A stretch of DNA of 64,000 nt, from contig NC_062561.1 in assembly GCF_022837055.1 (NCBI RefSeq), positions 680,715-744,714 of the forward strand. The letters run 5' to 3'. The first letter of the stretch is position 1. Every line of letters begins with the position of its first letter. A program made the position numbers and the translations under genes. The notes below the pieces were generated by a model. That model worked only from the letters and a program-made list of their open reading frames with translations. It made no database searches and had not been told where the DNA came from. This DNA comes from Prionailurus viverrinus (Eukaryota). Shown one piece after another: positions 24,557 through 35,810 of the stretch.

Positions 24557-24637
24557 ATGATACACAAGCTGACGGCGCGAGCTCTGATCCGAGATTATGA
24601 AGATGGCATTCTCCATGAAAACGAAACGAATCATGAG
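24557..24637 (+). CDS. PARP4: PARP4 coding exon. Translates MIHKLTARALIRDYEDGILHENETNHE
   Basis: Acceptor cttcaacacag|ATG. The donor is GAG|gttcgc, a weak non-consensus GT donor. Matches human MIHKLAARALIRDYEDGILHENETSHE. Confidence 0.85.
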
Positions 24638-25364
24638 GTTCGCTCTTTCCCTTGTTCTTGATGCTTCTTAAATTGATTTTATCCATGGAAAAATAAAGTG
24701 AGGATAGCTGGGTGGAGAAGCATGTGGGGGGGGGTGGGAATTCATTGTTGTGTCTGTGTTTTCTGCACCTACGGTGCTCAGTACATGTTCGTTAAATGGA
24801 TCAATGAAAGAGCAGATGTCATTGGTTTCCTGAGAATTCTATGACCATTTTACTCACCAGAAAGAGACCAGAAGAGGGCTCAGAGGACAGTCACTGAGTG
24901 CCTGTCATAAATATCACCTTAGATTTCATACATCGTAGGCGCTGGTAGTCTCATCGTAGTGATGAAGCAGCCCAGGTGCAGGGCAGGTAGGTGAGCAGCC
25001 TAAAGACAGACGGTGGAGCCGGAGCCTCCCCTGCTCCTTCTTCACTGAGCCGATGCGGCCCTTGGCAGGGGGTCCCACTCAGCCAGCCCACCGATGGCCT
25101 GGTGCCTCTGGAGCTGTGAACTTAAATGAGCTTAGGAGCAGTCATACCCAGTGCCCTCCCAGAAAGAAGGCAACAGAGTGCCATGCCTGGCTGTGAATGC
25201 AGTTACAGCCAGTGATAGAGGGCCTTGTGTTTTCACTGTTCTCCCCTGCTGCCCTTGGATTAGCAGCCTGTGTTCTGCTTTACTTTAGGCCTTCTTTCCT
25301 CTAGGGGCAGCTGACCGGCCCTGCCACCAAACACTCCTGAACAGGTCCCTCCACCTCTCCACAC

Positions 25365-25480
25365 CTTGGACTCCCCATCTTTAAAATGGGAGGCGTGGAC
25401 TGTCTGTAAAAGAATGCAGAAGCTCACCACACTTGAGGATGAGAGTTCTTTGTTAACCGTAAAGAGCTATGTAAATATGA
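25365..25480 (+). mobile_element. Possible MIR-family fragment
   Basis: CTCCCCATCTTTAAAATGGGAGGCGTGGACTGTCTGTAAAAGAATGCAG resembles the MIR core (CCTCATCTGTAAAATGGGGATAA...). The match is weak. Confidence 0.4.
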
Positions 25481-25713
25481 ATTATTTTTTCTATGACTTA
25501 GCCAGTCACTTGATCCTATTTTGCAGAGTCCCCTACTCAAGATATTCACACAGGGCCATTGACTCAATTTAACTTGAAATGCTAATTGTAAAATGCTTTA
25601 TTTTATAGAAAAATGCCTTGTTAGATTATTTAACACTTGTTTTATTGGTCATACATGGCTAACTAGTGAAAAATAAAGTGAAATGTGACTACATTTGTTT
25701 GATTCTATCCTAG

Positions 25714-25809
25714 ATGAAGAAGCAAATGTTAAAATCTCTGATTATTAAACTCAGTAAAGAAAACTCTCTCATAACACAATTTACAAGCTTTGTGGCAGTT
25801 GAGAAAAGG
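25714..25809 (+). CDS. PARP4: PARP4 coding exon. Translates MKKQMLKSLIIKLSKENSLITQFTSFVAVEKR
   Basis: Acceptor ctatcctag|ATG and donor AGG|gtatgt. Matches human MKKQTLKSLIIKLSKENSLITQFTSFVAVEKR. It overlaps the 25714..25980 ORF in the track. Confidence 0.9.
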
Positions 25810-26397
25810 GTATGTATTGTTGTTAATTCATGGCTATTTCATTTGTATTTGCATATTAAGAAAATTTCTCTTGCTCTGTCACTGACAGTATCCACATTCA
25901 TGACTCACAAAGAGCAGGGGAAGAGGGCAGGGAGGACCATCAAAGCAGGGCCTTGCATTCATGAAGGGCCTCACAGTTAGCGTTTGTGATAATCTCTCTA
26001 AATGAGTCACATGTACTATTATTTTTAATGTTATAATTATTTGTTATGTGTGTACTTCTGAGATATACTACAATTTTGTTACATTTTGGTATTTCTCATC
26101 TTTTATTAATGTGAGACCCTCAAAAAGTAGAAAGGGCTTGAGCTTCCCCTCCCGTGAGAGGCCCTTTCTCTTTCATAAATTTAAGAGGAGAACCCACAGA
26201 AGGCACTGTGTACACGGCACCCAGCTCAATAAAGAGGAAAGCTAAGCGTGTGCCTCTCTCTCTCTCTCCCTCTTGTGGCCCAAGACACCCAATCTGACAC
26301 CCAAATGTACTAAGGATTCACCAGGCTTTAGAATATATAGTAATCATTTGATTTGATAATGTCTGTTTTATTTCTACCTAATTGTGATTCAATATAG

Positions 26398-26520
26398 GAT
26401 GGTAAGGAGGCACCTTCTCCTAATATTCCAAATATTATGGAACTTATTGCCAAAGAGGATGTAGATTTCCTGCCATACATGAGCTGGCAGGAGGAGCAAC
26501 CAGATGCCAGTGTGGTACAG
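26398..26520 (+). CDS. PARP4: PARP4 coding exon. Translates DGKEAPSPNIPNIMELIAKEDVDFLPYMSWQEEQPDASVVQ
   Basis: Acceptor caatatag|GAT and donor CAG|gtaaat. Matches human DENESPFPDIPKVSELIAKEDVDFLPYMSWQGEPQEAVRNQ. Confidence 0.88.
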
Positions 26521-27789
26521 GTAAATGTTAATTACCAAATAAGTCGATATTGTGTTTTCATATTTTAATGATGGTGAGGGGAACCCTTTGCTAAAATAGC
26601 ACCCTATTGCTTGTATATGCAGAAACTGTTGTCTCCCTCATAATGGAAAATATTTGCGCATTTATAAAAAAGCTGTTATGTGACTGAGAAAGCCACCATA
26701 TATAAATGTATTTATAGAGTCCCAAAGGAGAACAACTGTGATTTGGCTTCATTCATAGACAAACAAACTGCCATACAGGAAACTAAAGTTATTTATTCTA
26801 AGTAATTGATAGGTTCATCATGAAAGTAGTGATAAAAGTCCTATATAGTAATCTAAATCCACCACGAATAATTCTTAAAGCTAATAGTGCTTTATACTGT
26901 GGCCTTTGTAGCCAGAAACAGAAGCTGAGAAATGTGACTTGCATAGAAAGTGGAAGGCATATGCAAAACCAAAGGAACATAACAGTGCTATTAGACCCTT
27001 AGGTGTCTAGGTTGGTTAAAAAAAAAAAAAAGCCAAAATTTTGGAATTCAGAATCTAACGAAAAAATTTGAGAGGAATTTTGGGAAAATATGCAACATTC
27101 ATTTTCCTCGATCCATTTTGAAGTTATTATGTCAGTTAAGAATATAAAAACACATCAGATATCATTTGCTTGCTTTGCTCATAAAACCATGTTTTGAGAT
27201 GGTAAATGACAACAGAGCAACAACAAAACCACAGATGTTTCCTCAAATCCTGCATGCAGAATTTTTGTTTTGTTTCATCTTCTAGTTGTCTTTAAAGAAA
27301 GGAAAGGGGAAGAATAACTTCTGAAAATCCTGTTTCCACGTTTTTTCTGAGTTTACTTCTCTGGTCACATAGTTCCTCCTAGATCAAAGAGAAATTGTAG
27401 CTGCCACAGAAGAGATGGGCAGTGGCAGGGTTGGGGGGTGACTGCAGCCCGCCTCGCAGACACAGAGGTAGGTGGCCTCTGAGGCAGCTCTCCGGTTGTT
27501 GCAAGCCCGCTGCCCTCTGGCTGAAGTGACTTCCAGGGGATTTAAAGAGCCTGCAGCTTTACTCCCCCTGCTCATTTTTTGCTCTTCCCCTTTTGGGAGC
27601 CAGACACTGAACACCAGGACATTCAAAAACAACTGCATATATGGGAATAATTAAAAAGTGTCTGCACAAAACCAACGAAAAGCTCAGAAAAGACCTACGA
27701 AGGCATTAAGTTTACTTCAGGCTGATTCTCAGCACAGAGACAGCCTACAACAATTAAAAAAGGAAAAAAAAATAACAAGAAGCTTTTAG

Positions 27790-29530
27790 GCTACTAGGAA
27801 AGGGAAATCCCTCGTTTGATGAAGGGCACAAATGAAGAACTTAAAGTTAATGTCATATTTAATGGTAAAATACTGAATGGTTTTCCCCTCAGGGTGGGTA
27901 CAAGGCAAGGATGTCTGACCTTACCACTTCTGTTCAACATTGTACAGAATATTCTAGCTGGTACATAAGGCAAGAAAAAATATATAAAAAGCATACAGGT
28001 TGGAAAGAATCAAAACTTTCTTTACTCATAAGCAACCTAATTGTATATGTAGAACCTCTTAAAGACTCTATAGAAAGATTAGTGGCACTAATAAGTGAGT
28101 TTGGCAAAGTTACAGGATGCAAGGTCAATGTAAGAAACCAACTGGATTTCTGTATACTAGTAATAATCAGAAACTGAAATTTAAAAAACAATAGCACTTA
28201 TAATACCATAGAAAATACAAAATACATAGAATCAAATTTGACAAAATATAAGCAGGACCTATACATTGAAAGTTAAAAAATTGCTGAGAAAATTGCAGTT
28301 GAAGAAGACCTAAATAGATGTTCTTGAATCAGATGATTCCATATTGTTAAGATATTGATTCTCCTCAGATTGATATATAGATTCAATTCAATACAAATCA
28401 AAGTCCCAGCAAGTTTTTTTGTTTAGAAATTGACACACTCCATAACCAGTAAAAAAAAAATTGACTCCATAATCAAAAATCTCCCAGCAAACAAGAGTAC
28501 AGGGCTGTGTGTGTGTATACATACATTTATATATATATATTTATATATTATATATATTAGATATATAATGTAATAGTACTCAGTGATTGAAAAGAATGAA
28601 ATCTTGCCATTTGCAACAGTGGATGGAACTAGAGTGTATTATGCTAAGTGAAATAAGTCAGAGAAAGACAAATATATGATTTCACTCATATGTGGAATTT
28701 AAGATACAAAACAGATGAATATAATGGAAGAGAAGCAAAAATAAGATAAAAACAGAGACGGAGACAAACCATAAGAGACTCTTAAATACAGAGAACAAAC
28801 TGAGGGTTGCTGGCGGGTGTTGGGTTGGAGGGAAGGGCTAAATGGGCAAGGGGCATTAGGGAGGACACTTGTTGGGATGAGCACTGGGTGTTATATGTAA
28901 GTGACAAATTACTAAATTCTATTCTTGAAGTTATTGTTACATTATAGGTTTACTAACTTGGATTTAAAATAAAAGAAAAAACACGAATTTCAAAAGATAA
29001 AAAATAAATAAAGTTAATGGCACTGAAAAAAAAAATAAACTGACACACTAATTTCAAACGTTTTATGTAAGGGTAACAGATCTTGGCTAGCCAAAACAAC
29101 TTTGAAAAGGAAGAAAATGCTGGAGGCCTTACACTATCTGATTTCAAGACTACTATTTTATAAGGCTACAGTAATTAGGAGAGTGTGATATTGGTGTAAA
29201 ATAGACATCTGTACCATGGGAACATCACTGGAACATGTAACAGTTGGAACAGAGTAGAGAGTCTAGAAATATACCCACATATATAAGGTCAATTGATTTT
29301 CTACGAAGGTGTCAAGGTAATTCAATGGGAAAGGGTGATTTTTCCAACAAATGTTTCTGGAACAATTGGATAGCCATATATGAGACAAAAATGAACCTCT
29401 GCCCTCAGCTCACACTGTGTGCAAAAACTGATTGGATTGCAGACTTGAATGTAACAACTGAACAGTGCTAGAATATCTGGAAGAAAAAGTAGGAAAAAAT
29501 GTTAGTGAATTTGGGTTGGACAAAGGCTTC
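27790..29530 (+). mobile_element. Cluster of L1 ORF2 and 3' UTR fragments, rearranged and internally deleted, containing a (TG)n/(TA)n tract at about 28508-28570
   Basis: RT motif ...GTRQGCLTLPLLFNIVQNILA... at 27880-27960. L1 3' end at 28575-28975 (...HMFSLICGI-like sequence, ...GATGAGCACTGGGTGTTATATGTAAGTGAC). ORF2 segment at 29000-29530 (...ILKKKNKAGG...[14 protein letters not shown]...[13 protein letters not shown]...). Confidence 0.75.
28508..28570 (+). repeat. (TG)n followed by (TA)n-rich simple repeat
   Basis: gtgtgtgtgtatacatacatttatatatatatatttatatattatatatatt. Confidence 0.85.
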
Positions 29531-29534
29531 TTAA

Positions 29535-29755
29535 TTTTTTTAGGGTTTTTTGTTTGTTTGTTTGTTTGTTTGCTTTGAGAGAGAGGGAGCATGACCGGGG
29601 TGGGGGCAGATAGAGAGGGAGAGAGACAGTCCCAAGCAGGCTCCATGCCGTCAGCACAGAGCCTGATGCAGGGCTTGATCCCACGAACTGTGAGATTATG
29701 ACCTGAGTCAAAACCAAGAGTCAGACACTTAGCCAACTGAGCCACCCAGGCACCC
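29535..29755 (-). mobile_element. CAN-SINE with a (CAAA)n tail
   Basis: On the + strand: T-run, AGGGTTTTTTGTTTGTTTGTTTG...CAGCACAGAGCCTGATGCAGGGCTTGATCCCACGAACTGTGAGATTATGACCTGAGTC...GAGCCACCCAGGCACCCC. Confidence 0.88.
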
Positions 29756-29832
29756 CAAGTTTTCTTAAATTAAAAAAAATATGTAAAAAATTGGTGAATT
29801 GGACTTCACTAGAATCAAAACTTTTGCTCTTT

Positions 29833-29957
29833 GGGTTGCCTGGGTGACTCTATCAGTTGAATGTCTAACTCTTGATTTCTGTCCAGGTCATGATCCCAGG
29901 GTTACGGGATCAAGCCCCACATTGGAGTCTGTGCTGAGCATGTAGCCTGCTTAAGAT

Positions 29958-30010
<53 letters not shown>

Positions 30011-30080
30011 TGCCTCTCTCCCTGGCTCGCATGCACACACACACTCTCTCTCAAGTAAATAAAAAACAAAACAAAAAAAC
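29833..30080 (+). mobile_element. CAN-SINE (older, divergent) with an expanded (TC)n tract
   Basis: GGGTTGCCTGGGTGACTCTATCAGTTGAATGTCTAACTC...GATCAAGCCCCACATTGGAGTCTGTGCTGAGCATGTAGCC, then (TC)n. Confidence 0.8.
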
Positions 30081-30129
30081 CACACAAACTTTTACTCTTC
30101 AGAAGACCCCCTTTAAGCAAATGAAAGGG

Positions 30130-30500
30130 GAAACCACACAGACAGTGAGAAAATAGTTGTAAAACATACCTAGCAAAGACTTATCTAAAATATAGAAAGA
30201 AATCTTAAAATTCAATAATAAGAAAATCCAATAAAATAATGAACGGATTTGAACAGACACTTCACCAGAGAAGGTATACAGATGGCAAACAAGCATATGA
30301 AAAAATGCTGTACATCAGAATATGCAAGTTGGAGCCACAGGGAAATACCTTTACATACCCACCAGCATGGCCTAAAAGGGACTGACAGTACTAGATGTGG
30401 TGAGGATGTGGAACAACCGTAACTCCCACACACTGCTGGTGGGAGTACAAAATTGCACAACCATTGTGGAAATTCTTTGGGAAAGGACTACTCTTTTTTA
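30130..30500 (+). mobile_element. Ancient L1 (L1M-type) ORF2 C-terminal fragment
   Basis: Translates ...KIQ*NNERI*TDTSPEKVYRWQTSI*KNAVHQNMQVGATGKYLYIPTSMA*KGLTVLDVVRMWNNRNSHTLLVGVQNCTTIVEILWE. This is a diverged copy of the L1 ORF2 3' region (...[42 protein letters not shown]...[15 protein letters not shown]). Confidence 0.6.
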
Positions 30501-30625
30501 AAAATAGCTCTTTTACATTGGTAAAATGACAAGCTAATTATTTTTTTTTAATTTTATTTTTAAGTAATCTCCAAACCCAATATGGGGCTCAAATTTACAT
30601 CCCCGAGATCAAAAGGCACATGCTT

Positions 30626-30750
30626 GGGGTACCTGAGTGGCTCAGTCAGTTAAGGTCCAGCTCTTGACTTCAGCTCAGATCATGAGCTCACAGTTCATGG
30701 GTTCAAGCCCGGCATAGGACTCTGTGCTGACAGTGCAGAGCCTGCTTGGG

Positions 30751-30794
<44 letters not shown>

Positions 30795-30946
30795 TCCCTC
30801 TCCCTCTCCCTCTCCCTCTCCCTCTCCCTCTCCCTTTCCCTCTCCCTCTCCCTTTCTCCCTCCCTCTCTCCCTCCCCTGCTCTCTCTCTCTCCCTGTCTC
30901 CCTCTCTCTCTCAAAATAAATAAATACACTTAAAAAAAAAAAAAGA
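30626..30946 (+). mobile_element. CAN-SINE carrying about 155 bp of expanded (TC)n and (CCCTCT)n microsatellite
   Basis: GGGGTACCTGAGTGGCTCAGTCAGTTAAGGTCCAGCTC...GTTCAAGCCCGGCATAGGACTCTGTGCTGACAGTGCAGAGCC, (TC)n, (CCCTCT)n, AAATAAATAAATACACTTAAAAAAAAAAAAA. Confidence 0.9.
30751..30905 (+). repeat. (TC)n of about 50 bp followed by (CCCTCT)n of about 12 units, then (TC)n. This is a polypyrimidine mirror-repeat tract.
   Basis: tctctctc...ccctctccctctccctctccctctccctctccctctccctttccctctccctctccc... Confidence 0.95.
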
Positions 30947-31605
30947 GTCACATGCTCTACACCTGAGCCAGCCAGGTGCTGCCAGGCTAATTATTTCCAA
31001 AATATCTCAAACTTGTAATTCATATAAAACTAGATTTTATTTACATGCAACTTTTTAGGAATGACTCTTTAACATTCAAATAATAGTAGTAACATAGCAT
31101 CCTTAATTCCCTTTTGTTTTCCATGTTATTCAAAGTCTAGTGTAAAAATATATTCATTTAGTTACTTTAAAGCTTTCGAAATTTTTGTCAGTTTTCTCAG
31201 TTTCCTAATATTGCTGTAAAGCAGTATAAAAGACTAGAATAATTTATTTCAAATTATCAGCTTATTTTAGGGCTAATTTACACATTATGATACTGCTATT
31301 ATAAAATCTTGTACAAGACACTTCTTTGGTCCTCAGTTTCCTCTTGTATAAAATGAGAGATATTGAAATTCCAAGATGCTAAGAACAAAGAGAAACTAAG
31401 ATATTTGATGTATTTATTGTTGCTGTTCTCTCCAGATCCCAGACTCTGTATCTATAAAACAAGGACATTGTACTTAAATTATCTTGAATATCTCCTCTTT
31501 TCAATGCTCTGGGATAAGCAGCTGCTTGTCTGCTTGGAAGTCAACTACTAGGAAGGATGTTCATTTTATTCTGTGTTTTCCCTTACATTTTTCCCTTTCG
31601 GGCAG

Positions 31606-32601
31606 CCTCTTTCAGCATTCTCTACACGGAATGAAGAGCTGCGACATCATTTGACTAACAGAAAACTTGGATCACCTAAGCTGGAAGTTTTTGAAGATTT
31701 TGAAAAGGGTTCCCCACTATCAGAAAAAATTTTAACACTCAATTTCGCATGTGAAGATGTGGAAATGCCATTGGATATAAGTCAGATGGATTCATTTCAG
31801 CAAACAGGAACTGAACCATTATATAGAAGTGACCCTTTCCTAAAACAGGGTGCTTGCAGTATTTCTGCTGCCCATAGGTTAGCCTGTTTGGAAGTTGAGC
31901 CCGTAATTGGTTCTCGTTTCCACTGTCCTTCCCACTTACATCGTTCAAAGGTTTGTCTTGCTTCTCCTGCTAGTTCTGAACAGTCTGGTCCATCTGAGAA
32001 TGACCAAGACCTTCAAACTGACAGTTGTAGTGATTCTTCCCTTGAGTCACCTGCCGCTTTCAGACTGTCTCTCCTGCCTTTGAGCTCCTTTGCTTGTGTT
32101 CCTTATTCAGGTGACTCATATAACTTTGGACAGGTTGATCTACCTGACAGTTATCAAGGTCATAAGACTGACAATTGTGCTAGCAATTCTCTTGGGTTGG
32201 ACTCTCCCCCACAGCCGAATACTTTTTTCTCCCCTCCTAGAGTTCCTTCCTCTGGTCTATCCAGAGAGTTTGACTTTCATTACCCTTCTGGTTCTCCTCT
32301 TTATTTTCAAAATTCCTCAGTTCATTCGAGCACCGCTTACAAGCCACAGATAGATCTGTTTGCTAACACAGAATTGGAGGCTTCTTCAGCAAATATTTGT
32401 GCCGTAATTTCATCATCTACTTCAAGTAATGGGCATTTTTCTGAAACAAAAAATGTTGAAACACCAAGATTTCAGAAACGTCGTTTGGCAAAATCTGCTC
32501 TAACAGGAAGTGCCTTTACTGCAAGCTTTCAAGCACAAAAAGATGAACAAAGCTGGATGAATTTTGTGCCTTGGACCAAACTCTTCAGTCTACAAACTGA
32601 G
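31606..32601 (+). CDS. PARP4: PARP4 large internal coding exon (996 nt, 332 codons). It encodes an S/P-rich low-complexity linker between the vWA domain and the C-terminal MVP-binding region (PLSAFSTRNEELRHHLTNRKLGSPKLEVFEDFEKG...NFVPWTKLFSLQTE).
   Basis: Acceptor ccctttcgggcag|CCT and donor GAG|gtatta. The single open frame corresponds to the 31573..32640 ORF in the track. Both ends align to human (SLLASSEWPELRLSKRKHRK...SEDFEEDG at the start, ...AVPWTELLSLQTE at the end), while the middle is diverged and low-complexity. Confidence 0.85.
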
Positions 32602-33224
32602 GTATTAGTCTTATTTCTCCTTAAGTCTGTGGTTAATTAGCTTCATAGTTTAGAGCAGAGCTATTCAAAGTACCTGGTCGTTTATCAGTACAATAGTGAG
32701 GTAAGTGACTTGTGGCAGAATGTAAATCAATACACTGCTTCTTCCATTGAGAAAAATTTTCCAAAAAAAAGTCAACAATAAATACAGCGTGCTTGATAAT
32801 GGTATTTATCTATCTAGTTTTAACTGTTAGGCTAGAATATCATGCAAGTGAATGTTAATATTCCTCAGTTGAAAGTTAATCATCCCTGAACGGGTCATGG
32901 GGTAAGACCTTGATTTCCTAGGTTCTAGAACAGGTGAATTGCAATTATGTAAATTTCCCACTTTGACGTAGAGGATGAGAGCTGTAAGTATACTCTAATT
33001 GTTTTCACATATGGTCTTAGGAATATCACTCAACATGTAAGACTGTGTTAGATCTTATCATTCCATTTGTGAAGCTAATAAACACTAAGTGAACTTAGTT
33101 CCTGCGCTGGTACTAAGACCCAGCCTCATATCTGTAATTATTTGTTTTAATGTAAAGTAGTTTAGTAAAGTGGAAACGCAACTTGATTTAGTGTAAGACT
33201 AAATTTGAGCCTCGGTTAGTACTT

Positions 33225-33335
33225 TGTGATTTGAGGCAAGTCAGATAACCTTTCTGAGTCTCAGTTTCTTCATCCATTTACTGGGGATAATAATAGTGTC
33301 TGCCTCATAGAGTAGTTTTGAGGTTTAAACATGAT
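33225..33335 (+). mobile_element. MIR 3' fragment
   Basis: CTGAGTCTCAGTTTCTTCATCCATTTACTGGGGATAATAATAGTGTCTGCCTCATAGAGTAGTTTTGAGGTTTAAACATGATCATAACAG. Confidence 0.75.
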
Positions 33336-33389
33336 CATAACAGCTGTCCAGCTTTTTTTTTTTTTACCTGGAAGAGTGTCCATGAAAGC

Positions 33390-33580
33390 AGTGTAGGAAG
33401 CAGTACAGCAGATGCTGCCGTCTCTGGGCCCTGGAGCCAGACTAGTAGAGCTTACATGGTGCCTCTGCTGCTTGTTAGTTGTCTGACTGTGGACAAGTTG
33501 CTTAACCTCTCTGTACCTCAGTGATCTCATCTGCAAGGTGGGTATAGTAATAGTCTCTCCATAGGAAGTGGCTAAAAAGA
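33390..33580 (+). mobile_element. MIR (5' and core part)
   Basis: ...GGGCCCTGGAGCCAGACTAGTAGAGCTTACATGGTGCCTCTGCTGCTTGTTAGTTGTCTGACTGTGGACAAGTTGCTTAACCTCTCTGTACCTCAGTGATCTCATCTGCAAGGTGGGTATAGTAATAG. Confidence 0.8.
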
Positions 33581-33827
33581 TTGTTTTTCTTAAATCTAAG
33601 CACCTAGGACTAGTTTAATACTAGTTGGCACATACCACTGCTGTTATTTTTCAAATTATTGCCATAGAGTCTGTGTACCTGCCTATGACCTCATCCACCT
33701 TTCTGCTTTCTGTATTAGCTCCTCTGGGATCTGAAGTTGATAGACTTTAAGGTCAAGATCCCCATGTTCAGGCTTACGACCACCTCGTAATAATGTAATA
33801 AACATCAGCCTTAAAAGTAGAGACTTA

Positions 33828-34046
33828 GGGATGTTTGGGTGGCTCAGTTGGTTAAGCGTCTGACTTCAGCCGAGTTCGTGATCTCATGGCTCATGAGTTC
33901 GAGCCCTGCGTCAGGCTCTGTGCTGACAGCTCAGAGCCTAGAGCCTGTTTTAGATTTTGTGTCACCCTCTCTCTCTGCCCCTTCCCTGCTCATGGTCTAT
34001 CTGGCTCTCTCAAAAATGAATAAACATTAAAAAAATTTTTTTTTCA
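33828..34046 (+). mobile_element. CAN-SINE. TSD agtagagacttag
   Basis: GGGATGTTTGGGTGGCTCAGTTGGTTAAGCGTCTGACTTCAGCCGAGTTCGTGATCTCATGGCTCATGAGTTCGAGCCCTGCGTCAGGC..., direct repeats at 33815-33828 and 34047-34060. Confidence 0.9.
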
Positions 34047-34393
34047 AGTAGAGACTTAGCTGGGGTGGGCAGGGGACAGTAAGGTCATTTTAAAGAGCAT
34101 ATTCACCATAACAATTTTATATTTAGTAAAAATTTGTCATTTTCATATTTTGGACTTCATAAAGGCACATTTTTAATATTGAACAAAAGGAATCATGCTA
34201 CTTAAAAGTTTGGGAAACATTGGTTCAAAGCATTACTAGAAGAAAAAATTCATAACACCATTTTTTAAAATGCCTGCACATGAATCTCTTTCCAGACTTT
34301 TTATAAGTGCCATCTGATACATACTGTCCATAGTGTTTTTGAGATTCCTAACAATACTATGTCACTACTATATGAAGAACTTTGACTTAAACT

Positions 34394-34597
34394 TTTTTTT
34401 CATTTTTTAATATTTTATTTATTGTTGAGAGACAAGGACAGACAGAGCAGGGAAGGGGCAGAGAGAGAGGGAGACACAGAATCCAAAGCAGTCTCCCTTC
34501 TTGGAGCTGTCAGCACAGGGCTCAACCCCATGAACTGTGAGATTATGACCTGAGCCAAAGTCAGACGCTTAACTGACTGAGCCACCCAGACACCCCT
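34394..34597 (-). mobile_element. CAN-SINE about 180 bp upstream of a PARP4 exon. TSD gaagaactttga
   Basis: On the + strand: T-run, AATATTTTATTTATTGTTGAGAGACAAGG...GAGCCACCCAGACACCCC, with flanking repeats at about 34372-34385 and 34599-34611. Confidence 0.88.
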
Positions 34598-34775
34598 GAA
34601 GAACTTTGATTTTAAAAATAATAAAAATGATAATAAAAATTTTTTACAATACAAATTTTAGAAATGTCTTAATAAACTGAATTTAAATAATTGGAAACAT
34701 TATTTATTACATAAATTCTTATGTATGTGATTAAATTTCAAAAATGTGGCTTAAATTTGCTTTTTTATTTCATAG

Positions 34776-34875
34776 GATGGCTTCTGGAAACTTACATCAG
34801 AACTGGGATTTATTTTAAACCTTAATACAAATATTTTAAACAGCTTTCTTGAACAAAAAGGCATTAGATCTCTAG
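34776..34875 (+). CDS. PARP4: PARP4 coding exon. Translates DGFWKLTSELGFILNLNTNILNSFLEQKGIRSL(G)
   Basis: Acceptor ttatttcatag|GAT and donor CTAG|gtaagt. Matches human DGFWKLTPELGLILNLNTNGLHSFLKQKGIQSLG. Confidence 0.9.
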
Positions 34876-35810
34876 GTAAGTCACCATTTTTCTATTAATT
34901 AAATGGCATGCTCTTAACTGTTGTAAATTTTGTTGTAAATTAGTATACTAATATGATAATTATGTAAGTTACATATGAGTGGAATTATATTTGTTAACCA
35001 TCAAATGAAACAAGAGGACCAGTTTCTAGTCATATCTTTACCACTAATTAGGGTATTACCTGTGTAAGTTAATTAGCATAAGTAACAATAACTTCTGTTT
35101 TAAAAATCCAAAATTTCAGTAGCTTAACACAAAGATTATTTTCTTGCACATATCACAGTCAAATAGTAGTCAGCAGGAAAATTCCACTCCAAGTTTTCAT
35201 TTACAGACCCAGGCTCCGTCCATATTGTGGCTCCACCATTATCAAAAGTGTCTTTAAAATTACTCTAGTGAAAAGGAAAGAAGAAAATACTGCTCTGGCA
35301 TTACCTACCTGGTAGATAGTAAGAGAAAGACAAACTGGGCAGGAACTAGTCACAGAGCCCCTCCCAGATACAAGAGGGCTGGAAAATACACTTTAGCTTG
35401 GTGTCCAGGAAGAGAAAACAGCTTTGATTAGTGTCTAGGCAGTCTTTGCCAGAGCAGGTTCAATCTCTGTGGACCTGTTTCTTGTCATGATAATGAAGGG
35501 GATGGTTAAGCAAGTGGTTTGAAGGTCAAATGCTAGTCTTAGGTTAAGACATTTTTTTTAATAAAAACACATTATTAAACAGTAGTCAGTATTCATTGAA
35601 CAGCAGTGTCTAACTACCCTGCCATCCCCTCAAAAAAGTCAGGGTTTTCATACTCCAGGCTTATTCCAGAGTTAGCAGGTCTTTGTTTGTTTGACTTGCA
35701 CTACACCAAAAAGGAAAGGTGAAAATTTGCATGAGGAGAATTCTACTTCCTGGAATGATAAAGGAGCTTGAATCTGACTAAATCTCTCACCAGTAAGATT
35801 TAGTAAGCTC

